A stretch of 64,000 nucleotides of DNA from Mustelus asterias (GCF_964213995.1 NC_135812.1:14012001-14076000); one strand, 5' to 3'. Numbered from the stretch's first letter, positions 49,101 to 63,968 are shown. The notes: generated by a model not told the origin, from the letters alone. A program made the numbers and translations.

Positions 49101-52100
49101 AGATTTGGGTGACTACAAATCATTTCATTGAGGTATAGTACTACATCTGAAGGAAGGAAAGTCTGATCATAGAATCCCTACAGTGCAGGAGGCCATTCGG
49201 CCCATCGAGCCTGCACCGACAACAATCCCAGCCAGACCCTATCCCCCATAACCCCATGTATTTCCCCTGCTAATCCCCCTCACACTAGGGGGCAATTTAG
49301 CAAGGCCAATCAACCTAACCTGCACATCTTTGGAGTGTGGGAGAAAACCAGAGCACTCGGTGGAAACCCATGCAGACACATGTAGAATGTGAAAACTCCA
49401 CACAGTCACCCAAGGCCGGAATTGAACCTGGGTCCCTGGCACTGAGAGGTAGCAGTGTGCCACCGTGTGGAAGTGTAGCTTTTTGGCAAGCGTAAAACGA
49501 CATGGAAGATAGCCAGCCACTTTGTACAGCACCCCAATGCACCCCATTTCCCAGCAAAAAGGTCATAAAAGTCAAGACAGAACAGGAGGCTATTCAGCCC
49601 ATTGAGTCCAGGTCAGCTCTCAAGAGCAATCCAGTCAGTCCAACTACCTCACCTCATAGCCATGCAAGGTTATTTCCCTCAACTGCCCACCCAATTTCAT
49701 TTGGAAATCGATTGTCTCCGCTTCCACCACCCTCATCAGCAGCGAGTTCCAAATCATTAGCACTCACTGTAAAAAAACAAAAATTCTCCCTCACATCCCT
49801 CCTGCATCTCTTACTTAAAAGCCTAAATCTGTGTCCTCTCACCTTTGTACCATCAGACAACGGGGAAAGCTTCCCCCCTCCCCCCCACCATCTACCCAAT
49901 CTAAACCAGTCAACAACATCCTATACACCTCCATCGACTCTGCTCCAACACACAAATCGTTCTGTAGAGAAGACAAAATGGACAGAACTGGACAATTATC
50001 ATGTCATCTCCTGTGTGGGTTCTGAACCAGAATCCACTCGTCTGACAGAAAGGAAAGTTCACTTTGGACTCTCTGCAGCCTACGTAGCCTCTCTGAGTAA
50101 GTTGGGCAAAGGAAATTGCACATTGATGTGTATTTAGGTTTGCTCTCCTACAGATGGAGTGGAGACATATTGGTCACTTTTCACCCTGCAACCGCTCCAG
50201 CTACACTGAATTGGAAAGTTTTTGACACAGTCATGAGGTACAGATTGTGAAATGGTATTTCCATTACCCAGCATATTAAAATCCACACATTTAGCATAGA
50301 ATCCCAAATAATTACCTGTCTTTTAAAAAGCAGTGGATTCAGTAGTCGAGAAACATCGGAAGCATTCCGTTATGCCAATACCTACAGTATTACATATGTA
50401 GTAGGAAATAATTCCCAAAATAATTCACCTTCCATCGATAAGAGCATGTGACTAAAATGTGTACTCCATGTACATCGAGGTTCGAGTACAAACCTTGGGG
50501 AACTTCCTTATGTCATGCTGGTCTGGAATTGGTGTGGACTTCCACTGCTCCAAAATCCAATTAAAACCATAACTTTTTACCGGTTTTAATGCTAAAATAT
50601 TGGTTTATCCACGTTTTTTTAGATAAAATACTATCCATTCCCAATTCTGAACGTGGAAGAGACACCGAGTTCAAAGTCAAACAGCCATGCCCTTTTAAGA
50701 CTGGAGTGGGTGATGTAGTCAGTCAATTTCAATTACCAAACATGCATCAGCAGAGCTGATCTGTTTCACGGATTATCTGGACTATTTCAGGACAAGTGTC
50801 ACATTTCCCCAAAGATGCTCGTCTTCCTCCACCCACTTAAATCACTGCTGCAAAGCCTAGTCAGGTGTCAGGTATTCAGAATGCAACACCACATTTGTCA
50901 AGCATGCGTGCAAACTTGAAGCACTTGCATTTGCAGTGCACATCTTAACACATGCCCTTCAACTGGGTTAAATTTCCCCTTTTCAGTGCCAGCTTGGAGC
51001 GATATCAAGTACGACTACAATCCTGAATAGTTGCCTTTTAAAGCAACAAAGGCCCCAAAATCAATGGCAATCTGCTAAAACAAAAGAGTAACCTCAATAA
51101 TCACACTAAAGATACAATATATTAAAATATTCCACATTTATTGAGCCAGTTATATATAAAAATGGATGCAAGACCATTGCAGTATGTTTTTTCTTTCCAA
51201 AACTGCTTGGGCTGAACTGGGGTATTTGTGCAAATATTTGTTGAACCACGTTCTAAAACGTGCGTTAGTAAGAGAAATCTTCCTCCTTTGGTCTTTTTAA
51301 ACACTCAAAACAAGAGGAAAAAAAATTAGGAAGCAATCTCATGAGTACTCTTCCAAATATTACAAGTGCTTGAGCAGTTTTAAAGTGAACCTTCCACATC
51401 AACCCTCCTTTCTCTCCACCGCGCCCCCCCCCCCCCCCGCCCCCCCACCCCTGCCATCCCCCAAAGAAGCTGGCTGTGAAATGTAGCAAATATTGTACCT
51501 GCCAACAGGAGCTGGTACAACCTGATGTCACTAACTTGCTTTGCCCTCAATGCCAATGCGTCTGACAGGAGCAGTCCATCCTCAGACTCCTTCGTGCACA
51601 GTCTGTCCTTCTCATTCCAGCAGCAATCGCTGGGACTGCCGGTGTCATTAGATTTGCTGACTGCATGTTAAAGATCAGCCATAATTGCATTACAGCCTCA
51701 TTAAGAGCAACCTTTGACCAACCGCGCCAAATAATTAATGACTTTACCTTTAAAGCTGCACAGTTTCTGTTGTTGCAGATGGGTTACTCTGCAAAATTCA
51801 GCATAATTTGACTAATTTTTATACACCATGAGGACAAACCACAACACCAGGACAAGAGGACAGTGCTTGATCATAGAACCCCTACAGTACAGAAGGAGGC
51901 CATTCGGCCCATCAAACCTGCACCAACAATCCCACCCTATCCCCATAACCCCACATATTTACCCTAATTCACCCCCCCCAAAACTAGGGTCAATTTAACA
52001 TGGCCAATCAACCTAACCCGCACATCTTTGGAGTGTGGGAGAAAACTGGAACACCCGGAGGAAACCCACGCAGACACAGGGAGAATGTGCAAACTCCACA

Positions 52101-53521
52101 CACAGACGGTGACCCAAGCTGGGAATCGAACCGGGGCCCCTGGCGCTGTGAGGTAGCAGTACTGACCACTGTGCTGCCCAAATGATGCTGGAGAAATGTA
52201 ACGTCTAGCAGGTCAGGGAGTTGTTCACGATATAGTGAATGGTGCGGCTCAGACAGTGCAGACAAGACTCTTTCGAGGGACAACTGGGTGTCTTGATTGG
52301 GGGGGGTGGGGGGGGGGATGACCTTCCTCCTCTGCATCAGTCCACTCAATTCTGTCAGGAGAATAGCTCCTCTAGTCACTACGACACCCAAGCAGTTTTC
52401 ACAACTGCAAAGAGTTGGCTTTGGTGGAAACAACTGAGGTGGCTCCATAACCAGCCATCTCTGATCGAGTTTCTTAAGGAATCAAAATAGAAAACATCCC
52501 TCCCTCCCACTTATACTAAAAGGCAAAATTAAACTGTAACGTAAGCAAATGTGCGGAGCTGTTAGCTATTAACCAGGCGAGTGGCACATTTGGAAATCAA
52601 GTCCTGCTGCACTTTAGTTCAGTGGGCTTTAATGGAATTGTCCTTCATTAAGAGCAGAGACCCACAGTAATATTTCAACAAGTATGTGGTTATATATACG
52701 TACATCTGTCTGAGCTCTTAGGGAAAATGTTAAGAAATTCCACATTAAAATTCAGCTGTGACTGTTCGGTTTATCATGATGGAGAAATCCACACTAACAA
52801 ACCTCAGGTTTGCCGATTCCTGAATCTCCGCTGCTTATTGTACTTCAAATGAATTATTTTGTGTTTCAAACACAGCATTTTCACCATTATTCACATACGG
52901 AAATATTTCCTGTGCATTTAGTACCTGTAATGATTAGGGGGAAATACAGTGAGATTTCCTCAGTCGCGTTTTGAGCCTTTTTTTTTTGCCTCGCCACCCC
53001 AGCCCTGTATCCAAACTGAACACAAAAAAAATGCATTCAGCTACACCCATCTCCAGTCTCAGAGTAGGCTGGTCACAACCTAGATTGGCAATTTATTCCT
53101 CGTGTCCTTCCCGACACCGCACTCGAGTTTCGGGATCAATGCGTCCATCCATTCCAACGGGGACTGAAACCCAGACTCCCAGTGGATGGGCGACAAGACA
53201 TCTCGCCACCCATCTCCACGTTAAAACAATTTTTAAAATCGCAACTGGTTCCTTGTGTTTTGCTTCCTTAATCTATTCCTGCCTTATACATGTTAACGGC
53301 AATAAAATCTCTAAGAAAATTCCTAAACTTTATTGAGAGATTAAAAAAAAGGAAACACGATAAAGGCTACGTGGCAAGGAGCAAAATAAATGCAGTATTC
53401 AACAGGTTCAGAAGCCACCACGGTTTAGAAGCAAGTATGGACAATCTAAAGAATGACTGGATTCAATAAAAAAAAATCCTCGTTGAACAAAAAAAAAGCA
53501 GGCAGCATTTGTTATTTTAAG

Positions 53522-53849
53522 TCACTGGCCATCTAAGTGCGCCATTTCACTGTAATCTGTGGCTTCAAGTTCCACACTGGACAAAAATTTGCGTGCTGCT
53601 TTTCTGCAGTTGTAATCCACGGTGGTTGTATAGACTGTTTTTGCGTACTTCGGGTACACGATGACAGTGCTTCGGAATCGTCGCGGTTTGTGCTGCGGCT
53701 CAAATTTCAGCTCCGTCTTGTAATTCCGCCATGTGCAGTTGGGAACGCAGATGACCGTCTGGCTGCAGGACCCAACGCCCAGCGTGTGCTGCAGGAGCAC
53801 TTTGTTGACGTAGTGCCGGTCCGAATCATACTTCACAGAGGAGGTGTAC
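53522..53849 (-). CDS. RFLNB: Refilin B terminal exon
   Basis: VKYDSDRH..CSQTV..TWRNYK..YTTTVDYNCRK..FLSSVELE refilin motifs; acceptor phase 2. Confidence 0.93.
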
Positions 53850-55307
53850 CTGGGAGAGCACAGACGGGGGTAGGAGGGTGGAGGAGAGGGGGTTAATTCA
53901 GAAATGCTCATTTATCCTTCACAAGGCAATGCGCCAAAAGGTCCAACTCTGGACTCTGGCCCAGAGGAAGTGGCTAGACTGTTCACTCATGTCTGGAAAC
54001 TCAATCACTGGCCAACCAAATCCACTCCCCACCCATTTGTGACACAAAGTTGCCCAAAGATCTCTCAATGGGGGAATATTTCAATGCACTGGCCCACCAA
54101 TGGTATGTCTATCTAAAATTCGGAGGATAAATCAGATAAAAATCCATTTGTGGCAGCTTAGACAAGTGGCTTGCCAGTCCACTTCAGGGAGACCTGCTAA
54201 AAGTCAACCGCATTTCACGTTTGGGGTTTCTCAGTATGACATATTAAGAATTTAACTCACTGGTCAACTCTTGTTCCCTGAGCAACAGTGCTGAAAAACA
54301 GATTAGAGTTCGGAAAAAGCACCTATTCATCGCAGGACAATGGGAATAATTAGCATCCTGGCAAATAATCCCTTTGGATGTTGGAATGCCCCCTCCATGA
54401 GTTGAGCAGTGGTTAGTCTCCAGGGAGTTCACACTCGGGGAGAGTGCAGCAGCCAATTTGCCAGTCCTCTTTGGCCAACCCCCCCAGAGAGGTAGAAGGT
54501 TAGAGGTCAAATTGCTGGCTGACTGACCAGCTAAGGAACAAAAAGAGGGATCACCTGGTCCAAGTCAGTTGCTAATAACTGGGGAACATAGCGAGAGAAC
54601 TATTACTCCATTACGGCCTGATGTTACAGTTAGCACTGCTGCCTCACAGTGCCGGAGACCCAGGTTCAATTCCAGCCTCGGGTAACTGCGGAGTTTGCAC
54701 ATTCTCCCCGGGTCTGCGTGGGCTTCCTCCGGGTACTCCGGTTTCCTCCCATAGTCCAAAAGATGTGCAGTTAGTTTGACTGGCCATGTTAAATTGGCCC
54801 TAGTGTCAGGGGGATTAGCAGAGTAAATACTTGGGGTTACAGGGAGGGGGCCTGGGTGGGATTGATGTCAGTGCAGGCTCGAAGGGCCAAATGACCTCCT
54901 TTTGTACTGTCGGGATTCTATGATTTTTGAAATAAAGCAAACCAGAGCCAGTTCTATCCAGAAGAGTTACACTTAGGCCCTGTTAACAGGGATGGCATGA
55001 CATTCCATTACAGGGTACCAAGCAATAAAGTCCTAATTGTAAAGGACACAGGATCTGCTTTGGAGAGTGAGATACCAATCACACCAAGAGAGAAAATAGC
55101 CAGACTTTGGGATACACAACTTCATTGAGTTAGCCTGCCAGACCCATGTGGACTTTCAGTGCAACCTAATACATCCCAACATGAATTGTTTGATAAAGCA
55201 GAAAGTGGGCAAAATTTTATTCTTTAATCACAAAACCTCTCCCCATTTCAATACTATAAAAGACCCCCCAAAAACAGCATCAATGCATCAGGCGCCGTAT
55301 TGTTTAC

Positions 55308-55417
55308 CTAATCTCCTTTGGTGGCAAAGGGTCCACTTCAACTCCTTCTCCAAATGATAACGGATGCAGCCTTGGCCCAAAGCCCGTGACTGGAAAAGGG
55401 GAAGTAATCAGAGTGTC
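55308..55417 (-). CDS. RFLNB: Refilin B exon 2 (PRLHPLSFGEGVEVDPLPPKEIR); exon 1 not found in window
   Basis: ttgcag / AG|GTAAA, 110 nt, phase 0 to 2. Confidence 0.9.
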
Positions 55418-55779
55418 CTGCAACAGAAAACACAACAGACAAAGATGTAAGAGTTTAGTGTGGACAGTGGAAGCACCCCCCCCCACCCGATCCATAGCTC
55501 CAGTGGCAACCCTGAGCTGGTTTCAGTCAAGCCAATTAATTACTGCGTATTTGAAAAAGCAGTAAGTCCCAATTCAGGGGGAAAAGAAACCTCAAAATTC
55601 ACTAAACCTTGATTCCTGATTTGGAGTACAAGGTAACGCAGTAAATCAGTTGGAGCAGCCGCCTTTTTGATCAGACACCTCTCTTACGAGGCAAACAGGT
55701 CTTTTCTTTTTCCAGCCAGTTCTCAGCATCAAAACACAGTTTGCTGTTTCAGTGCTGAGAACGTACTTCAAGTTTGCGA

Positions 55780-56170
55780 GGGGCGACCTGATTGAGGTGT
55801 TCAAGTTTATGAGGGGCATGGACAGTGTGAATAGGGAGCAGCTGTTCTCCTTAGTTGAAGGGTCAGTTACGAGGGGACACCAGTTAAAAGTGAGGGGTGG
55901 GAGGTTCAGGGGGGGGATGTGAGGAAAAACGTCTTTACCCAGAGGGTGGTGACGGTCTGGAATGCGCTGCCTGGGAGGGTGGTGGAGGCGGGATGCCCCA
56001 CATCCTTTAAAAAGTACCTGGATGAGTACTTGGCACTTCATAACATTCAAGGTTATGGGCCAAGTGCTGGCAAGTGGGATTGGGTGGGCAGGTCAGGGCC
56101 TTTCATGCGTTGGTACAGACGTGATGGGCTGAAGGGCCTCTTCTGCACTGCAGGATTCTGGGATTGTGAA
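55780..56170 (+). mobile_element. CR1 3' fragment
   Basis: FTQRVVTVWNALP; others at 49570-49900(-), 59930-60240(-), 60375-60775(+). Confidence 0.88.
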
Positions 56171-57714
56171 TTTTGCCGTCTTCAAAGAGGAGCAACAGTG
56201 CGACCAGCCTTCTAAATGGACAATCCATTAACTATTAGGTAAGAGGTTCAATAAGATGCATCTCCATAACCCTTCAGCTGAATATCTTTCTTAGCAGTCA
56301 AATGCATTTTAAACACTCAAAATATTCTAATTCTCCTGCAACAGTAAGATATTCCGACATGGAACAGAATCCCAATTAAAAAAATCAAAAGCCTCAGGAC
56401 AGAAGATGAGATAGCCATTGGTCAGAGATGAACAAATGTTGCCGTGACAATGTAAAATGGTCACCAGCAAAAAGAGCGCGCAAAATACGGGAAAACTGAT
56501 ATTCGAACACTCAGCTGGTCAGACGGCAGCGGTGGAGAAAGGAACAAGAGTTAATGTTTCGGTCGATAACCTATCACAAGTAGTTGGCCAAGTATTAACT
56601 GATGTGTTTTATTCAACTATCCTGGGATGCAAATAAATTTTGCAGAGTAGTTAGCCGGAGGGTGTCCAACACTGCTAAGTCTAGCCACAGAGTTCCTTTC
56701 CTTTGCCTTCACATTCTTTGGATATTAAGCACACAAAACCTGCTCCAACTATGGCTAGCTTCACTGGGAGTTATCATAAAGCAGAGGGGCCCTTTGGCCC
56801 ATTGAATCTGCACCGACATGAGAAACATCAGACTGTGTTCTTAATCAGAGGGTCCAAGCACCATAGTGTCAGAGTCATAACAGTCCCTTCAGCCCACCAT
56901 CAAATACCAATCTCTACTAATCCTATTTACCAGCTCTTGGATCACAGCCTACTATGCCTTGGTGATTTAAGTGCTCGTCCAGGTGCTTTTTAAACGTTGC
57001 GAGAGTACCTGCCTCCACCACCCTCTCAAGCAGCACATTCCATATTTCCACTACCTTCTGGATGAAAAACAATTTCCTCAGATCCCCTCTAAACCAGATG
57101 AACAGTACGACAGCACTAATGCTGGGGTCTCATTCACGATTGTCCAAGGCTCGTTACCCTTCATCTGGTTTAGATTGGGAATTTAATAACAGTTTATTCC
57201 AGTGAACAGGCAGATTTCCAATACCGACACAGCTGATCACAGGACTGAAAACGTACCTGGCTGCACGCACTCTGTTCCGCGGGGAGGGGGGACCTGCACT
57301 TAGCATAGGCTCAGATACAGCACAGGATTGTAAACGTACCTAGCTGCATCCTGTCCTGTTGGATGAGCTCCACCCTTGCAGCAGCTGTAGGATTGGGCTC
57401 CACCCAAAGTGAGAGCGAGAGAGAAAAACTTGCACGGTGGCACAGTAACTGTGTGTAGAGTTTGCACATTCTCCCCGTGCCTGCGTCAGTTTCCTCCGGG
57501 TGCTCTGGTTTCCTCCCACAGTCCAAAGATATGCAGGTTAGGTGGATAGGTCTTGCTTAAATGGCCCCTTAGTGTCTGAACTTGTGTAGGTAAGGTGAAT
57601 TAGGGGTTACAGGGATCGGGCAGGGGATGTGTGGTCCGGGGTAAGATGCTGAGTCGGTGCAGACTTGATGGGCTGAATGGCCTCCTTCTGCACTGTAGGC
57701 ATTCTATGATTCTA

Positions 57715-58125
57715 TATTGTAGCCCCTTTCACAATCTGAGGAAGCTCTAAAGCCCTTTACAGCCAGTTAGGCATTTTTGAAATGCAGTCACTGTTGTAAT
57801 GTAGGAAACACGACAGCCAATTTGCACACAGCTTCCAGTGACAATGACCAGATAATCTGCTTCTGTGAAGATAATGGAGGGATAAACATTGGTCAGCAAA
57901 CCAGAGAGAACAACCCTGCTCGTCTTTGAAACAGTAACATGGGATCTTTCATCACCCAAGGGCAAACTGGGCCTCAATATCAACATCTTACCCAAAGACG
58001 ACGCCTCCAACAGTGTACTGCACTGGAGTGTCACCCTCGATGTGTGCGCTCAAATCACCCGAGTGGGACTCAAACCCACAATCGTCTAACACAGGAGATG
58101 GAAGTGCAGCCAGCTGAGCCACAGC
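57715..58125 (-). mobile_element. Deu-domain SINE (AmnSINE1/SacSINE1-like)
   Basis: aattggctgtcgtgtttcctacattacaacagtgact...ggctgtaaag segment; second copy 35440-35910. Confidence 0.65.
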
Positions 58126-58423
58126 CGACAATGATTCAAATCCACAAGTCAGCGGGCGGACTGTTTCTCCCCGCCCCCCTCTCCAATCAGCTTTCCAGCC
58201 TAAAAATGTTTACAGGCTGGAGACTGACATTTTCAAATGCCAGGGGTACATTGAGGGCAGGTGAAGCTTGCGGAGGAGAGGAAACCTACTGGGCGAGGTC
58301 TTGGATGTGTACAGGGCAGCAGACCTTTTCTGGCTATAGGTGGTCTTGCCTTTCGTGAGATACCTACAAAAGTAGGGATGTGCATTTATGGAGCTTTCGG
58401 TTTTCCCTGTTTATTGAAAGATC

Positions 58424-58832
58424 GGTAAGAAGTCTCACAACACCAGGTTAAAGTCCAACAGGTTTATTTGGTAGCAAATACCATAAGCTTTCGGAGCACA
58501 GCTCCTTCGTCAGATGGAGTGGATATCTGTTCTCAAACAGTGCACAGACACAGAAATCAAGTTACAGAATACTAATTAGAATGCAAATCTCTACAGCCAG
58601 CCAGGTCTTAAAGGTACAGATAATGTGGGTGGAGGGAGCATTCAACACAGGTTACAGATTGTGTATTGTCTCCAGACAGAACAGCTAGTGAGATTCTACA
58701 AGCCCAGGAGGAAAGCTGTGAGGGTTACTGATAATGTGACATAAATCCAACATCCCGGTTTAGGCCGTCCTCATGTGTGCGGAACTTGGCTATCAGTTTC
58801 TGCTCAGCCAGTCCAACGCCGGCATCTCCACA
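58424..58832 (-). mobile_element. Penelope-like insertion with 12-bp TSD
   Basis: TSD tattgaaagatc; pLTR plus GIY-YIG 3' end. Confidence 0.9.
58481..58517 (-). ncRNA. Minimal type I hammerhead ribozyme motif (intact core)
   Basis: CCAU-CUGACGA-A-GGAGC ugu GCUCC-GAAA-GC-UU-AUGG. Confidence 0.78.
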
Positions 58833-61800
58833 TATTGAAAGATCACCTTCTCCCTCCTGCTTAGAGTATCCAGCCCCACATTTCCAAAAGCATCACTGAA
58901 AGGTAGCTAAAGTATGTCGAGTCCACAATGGTGAGATTATACTGATCTATCAGACATGGAGGTCTGATGTGCCAAACAGCCTCTCCTTGTTTCACTTCCC
59001 TTGCCTGCCATTCTGTTGTATTGAAGGAGATTGAGCAATTCGTGCCAAAAACCCATTTTTAACAATTCTAATTCTCACAGGCTGTAAAAACATCATATGC
59101 ACCCTCAGCCGTAATCGATTGCACGCGGCAGGTTTACCATTTAAGGACCGTCTAGCTGTGAAGAGAATGAATGCACCAGACAATTGCCAGTCTATGTCAT
59201 TTTCCACCCCCCTCTCTATATTCACTCCATCGTCAATACAATTATCTTTAATTCGAAAGCCGACACACAAAAAAACACACAGCTATCCTCAAGTTCCCCT
59301 TAATTACTATGCTGTGGTATTTCAGTAGCTGCAGAGCTGTCAATCCAGCTCCGCAGGGACTCATGGAACCCACTTCAGCGCTGACTTCTAGAGTCAGCAA
59401 TTATACAATCGGAGGTGGGGGTAGGAAAGTGCTTACCCCCACGCCAGCCCCCCCCCCCCCTCCCCCTCCCAGCCTTCAAACAAGAAATGGGGTTTGATCT
59501 CACCATCTTTTGGGTCAAACAAGAAAGCCAGCCAAAGCTTCTGCTCTTAATCCCGCTCTGTGAAACTCATTAAATGACCCAAGTTAGAGAAAAACAGAAT
59601 ATGCGCATAGTGTACATCATATAATCGGGCTCATGTGATGCCCTCCCATAGTCATTTGTACTTTATTAAGGTGCCAATTTGAAATAAGTGACTGTGGAGA
59701 GAGAAACAGAATTAACATTTCCAATCCGTCTGACTGAAGGAGACTCTCTCTGGTTCTCTCTCCACAGATACTACCAAGGCCCACAGCATTTTCTGTTTCT
59801 ATTTCAGATTTCCAGCATCCCCAGTATTTTGCTTTTACTGAAAAGGTGATTAACTGGACAAAGAGCAGCCATTTAAGTACATCCCAACACGCGCTCAAAC
59901 CTGGTTTTGGAGGGGTGATGCGGAGGAAAGAGAGAGGAACATAGCTGGAACAGGCCATTCAGCCCTACGGCCTGCTCAGCCATTCAAGATGATCATGGCT
60001 GTTCTGACCATGGTCTCAACTCCACCTTCCTGTCTGCCCCCATCATCCTCGACTCTCTTAATCAAACTTAGCCTTAAAAATATTCAACAACCCAGCCCCC
60101 ACTACTTCCGAGGGAAGCAAATTCCATAGACTAATGACCCTCAGTAAAAAAAAATGTCCTCACCTCTATTAAACCTAGACCACTTATCTTTAAACCATGA
60201 CCCCCGAGTTCTAGTCTCTCCCACAAGAGGAAACATTCACTTGGGATTCACCCTAGCCACCAACTGGAATAAAATACTTTTGAATGTAAACAGATAACCA
60301 GGACGGAACCTCTGCGCTGGAAGGGCTTGCAGTTTTCGGTACATGTTCACTTTGGCACGATAGTGAGAAAATCATGGAGATGGAAGTGGTTAAGAGGAAA
60401 TTTGATAGAGGTGTTCAAACTCATGAGGGGGATGGGGATAGTAAACAAGGAGAAACTGTTCCCACACGTAAAAAGGATCGAGAACGAGGGGGCACAGATT
60501 TAAAATCATTTGCAAAAGAAGCAAACGTGATGCAAGAGAAAACCTTTTCACAAAGCATGAAGTTGGGGTCTGGAATACACTGCCTGGAAGTGTGGTGGAG
60601 GCAGGTTCAATCGAGGCATTCAAGAAGGCAGTAAATGATTATTTGAATAGCAACGGTATGCAAGGGGAAAAGACAGGAGAATGGCAGTAAATCATAATGG
60701 TCATTTGGAGAGCCGGTGCAGACACGATGGGCCGAATGGCCCCCTTCTGCGCCATAACAATTCTGTGATTCTGATTGAGAGATCAAATGCACCACCACCA
60801 ATGGTGCAGTCCCCAAGAAAACATACTGCATATTTATAGACTTCTCATTTTGGCATTTGTGCGTCTACACAAAAGGGGAAATTGGAGATATCCAGACTCT
60901 TCAATTATGAAAGGTGGTGGTAGAGTGGGTGTATTGTTTATACGAAAGCCAAAACGCAAAAGATAAATCCAGAGAACTACTTCAAAGTAAGCCTTAAATG
61001 GTAGGAGAGAGAGGAAGGATGCAAGGAAATATTCAAGTCGGTGAACGGAAATTTTTAGGATTGATGTCGGAAGGTCCTTTATTAGACTCTCAGTAGTTGG
61101 AAGGGAGACTGGGTTGGATGCTCGAGTCTAAATCCGTGTGACCATTCAATGCTGTGAATGGGGTGGGGAAGATAGTACAGACAGGGAGATATCGGCTTTC
61201 CAACAGGAATGATCAAAGATGTCAGAAAATTATACATCATCTCTCCCGTAACCACAATCGCGCACAATAAATCTCTGTTCACGTCACAATTCATGGGCGA
61301 CAGCCTGTGGCCATTTTAGACACACACTGGTTGTACCTCCCCATGGTGCTACAGAGTGTATTACGGTAGAAGGCTTGGTTTTAAAAACTGTGTCCTGTTC
61401 CCAACTGATGTCTTCCTGAAACCAGTCACCCGATGAGCTATCCAGGACGACTGGCCCTCTGCCGTTCCTTCCCCGTAGAAGGAGCTACATCTAGTCTCTG
61501 CAGAAAGCCCTCTTATGGGCAATTATCTTAGTGAGAATCAGAGTCCAGAAGATGCTCCCATCTTGTATAACTCCATGGCACAATACAGTAAGTGTCTATT
61601 CACTATACCATCTGTGTACAGCATTTCACAATTTATATTGTTGTCCTATAAATATGCTATTAGTATTCTTGAAGGAAGTGAGAGGATCATCAGTTGGAAA
61701 TGTGTGGTGTTAGTGGCTCAGAAGGTTGGATGAATAATACATGATGTGGAGATGCCGGCGTTGGACTTGGGTAGGCACAGTAAGAAGTCTCACAACACCA

Positions 61801-63107
61801 GGTTAAAGTCCAACAGATTTATTTGGTAGCACGAGCTTTTGGAGCGCTGCTGACCTGATGGTGTTGTGAGACTTCTTACTATGAATAATACAAGCATGAG
61901 AAAACAGTTTGCATTTCCCCAATACTCAAGTGAGCTCCCACACGCAGTCATTATAAAACATGCCCTTATATGGTGCCTTATCAATGCCAAATGTCTTAGA
62001 CAACTCAATATAATAAATCCCTTTTTGGAGTACGGCGACTTATGTGCTCAGTACTGGCAGTGTCCCAGAAGCAAAGAGGAGGGGAACAGCCAGCTAATCC
62101 TAGTATTGGATGAGGGTGGACTGTTGCCCAGGTCTTGGTACATGCGTGGAAGCAGGTCCCTCTTTCAAAGAGGGAATAAAAAGTCATACAATATTTAAAT
62201 CAAAATTACAAATTCTACGTCAGACCAACTGCATGTTTACAAAAGGACAACTTTCGCGATTAAGAGAAACCAACTGAAGAGATGGCAGTCAATGTTTCGG
62301 ACCGAGAAGAAACTGCAGAATCGCTCTGCTCCCAAAGAATGCGCGAGTGACACAGGCCTGAACACATACTTCACCCCCTCTCTTATCACTGTACCTTCCA
62401 CACTGTGGTGACATCCCAGCTCCCCACTCTATTGCAGCCTCACCACGGGTTACATCATGATAAACACACACATCTTCCCAAGAAATTCCAGACATGTTTA
62501 GTTTCCTAACGTTTCTTTGTGTGGACGTTAAAAAGCAAATTCCCAAAGATCGTTCAAGGTTTTGATGGTGTATAAAAAATAAATACCAAGTACAAAAATA
62601 TATTGGTAGGAACTACATACAATAAAATCATTATCTAGCACGTGTGGGGAATGGGCAGTGCCAGATATTGGAATGCAGCGCAATACCAGTAGCGTAAACT
62701 AATATGCAAGTACGCAGAAAGAACTATATTCTTTTCACTTTTACTCTTCAAAGTACATTCAAACATAAATTAAAAGTGTAAAATAACACCATATACAGGT
62801 ACAGGTTCCAGATTACTTCCTGATTGCTTCTGGTTGATAAAGTGATGCATCATGTTAAAGTTTTAAAGTTTATTTATTAGTGTCACAAATAGGCTTACAT
62901 TAACACTGCAATGCGGCTACTGTGAAAATCCCCCCAGTCGCCATCCTGTGTTCGGGTACACAGAGGGAGAATTTAGCATGACCAATGCACCTAATCAGCA
63001 CGTCTTTCAGATCACTAAAGGATCACTACAGTGCAGGAGCGGCCATCAAGACCATCGAGCCCATACCGACAACAATCCTACCCAGGCTCTAGCCCTGTAA
63101 CCCCACG

Positions 63108-63968
63108 TAGAGAGACTGAGTAGACTGGGACTATACTCATTGGAATTCAGAACAATGAGGGGAGATCTTATAAAAACATAAGATTATGAAGGGAACAGAT
63201 AAGATAGAAGCAGGGAGGATGTTGGGACTTTATTCCCTGGAGCGTAGAAGATTGAGGGGAGATTTGATAGAGGTGTATAAGATTTTGATGGGTATAGATA
63301 GAGTGAATGCAAGCAGGCTTTTTCCGCTGAGGCTAGGGGAGAAAAAAAACCAGAGGGCATGGGTTAAGGGTGAAAGGAGAAAAGTTTAAAGGGAATATTA
63401 GGGGGGGCTTCTTCACGCAGAGAGTGGTGGGAGTGTGGAATGAGCTGCCGGATAAAGTGGTAAATGCGGGGTCACTTTTAACATTTAAGAAAAACTTGGA
63501 CGGGTTCATGGATGAGAGGGGTGTGGAGGGATATGGTCCAAGTGCAGGTCAGTGGGACTAGGCATAAAATGGTTCGGCACAGACAAGAAGAGCCAAAAGG
63601 CCTGTTTCTGAGCTGTAATTTTCTATGGTTCTATGTTTCCACTGGCAGGTGAAACTAGGACTAGGGGGCATAGCCTCAAAATAAGGAGGAGCAGATATGG
63701 ACTGAGTTGAGGAGGAATTACTTTATCCAAAGGGTTGTGAATCTGTGGAATTCCCTGCCCAGTGAAACAGTTGAGGCTACCTCACTGAATGTTTTTAAAG
63801 GCAAGGAAAGATAAATTTTTCAACAGTGAAGGAATTAAGGGTTATGGTGAGCGAGCGGGTAAGTGGAGCTGAGTCCACGAAAAGATCAGCCATGATCTTA
63901 TTGAATGGCGGAGCAGGCTTGAGGAGCCAGATGGCCTACTCCTGCTCCTAGCTCTTATGTTCTTATGT
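63108..63968 (+). mobile_element. CR1 3' end interrupted by a second CR1 subfamily (about 63222-63635)
   Basis: Host sequence resumes at atgtt|tccactggcagg; host subfamily matches 1-1036. Confidence 0.88.

Noticed and set aside
49502-50137. 211-aa ORF
   Set aside because: Mostly antisense CR1 remnant, no recognisable domain or splice context
48462-53334. RFLNB polyA sites (minus-strand AATAAA at 53329-53334 and 48462-48467)
   Set aside because: Plausible, but cannot be distinguished from chance without transcript data
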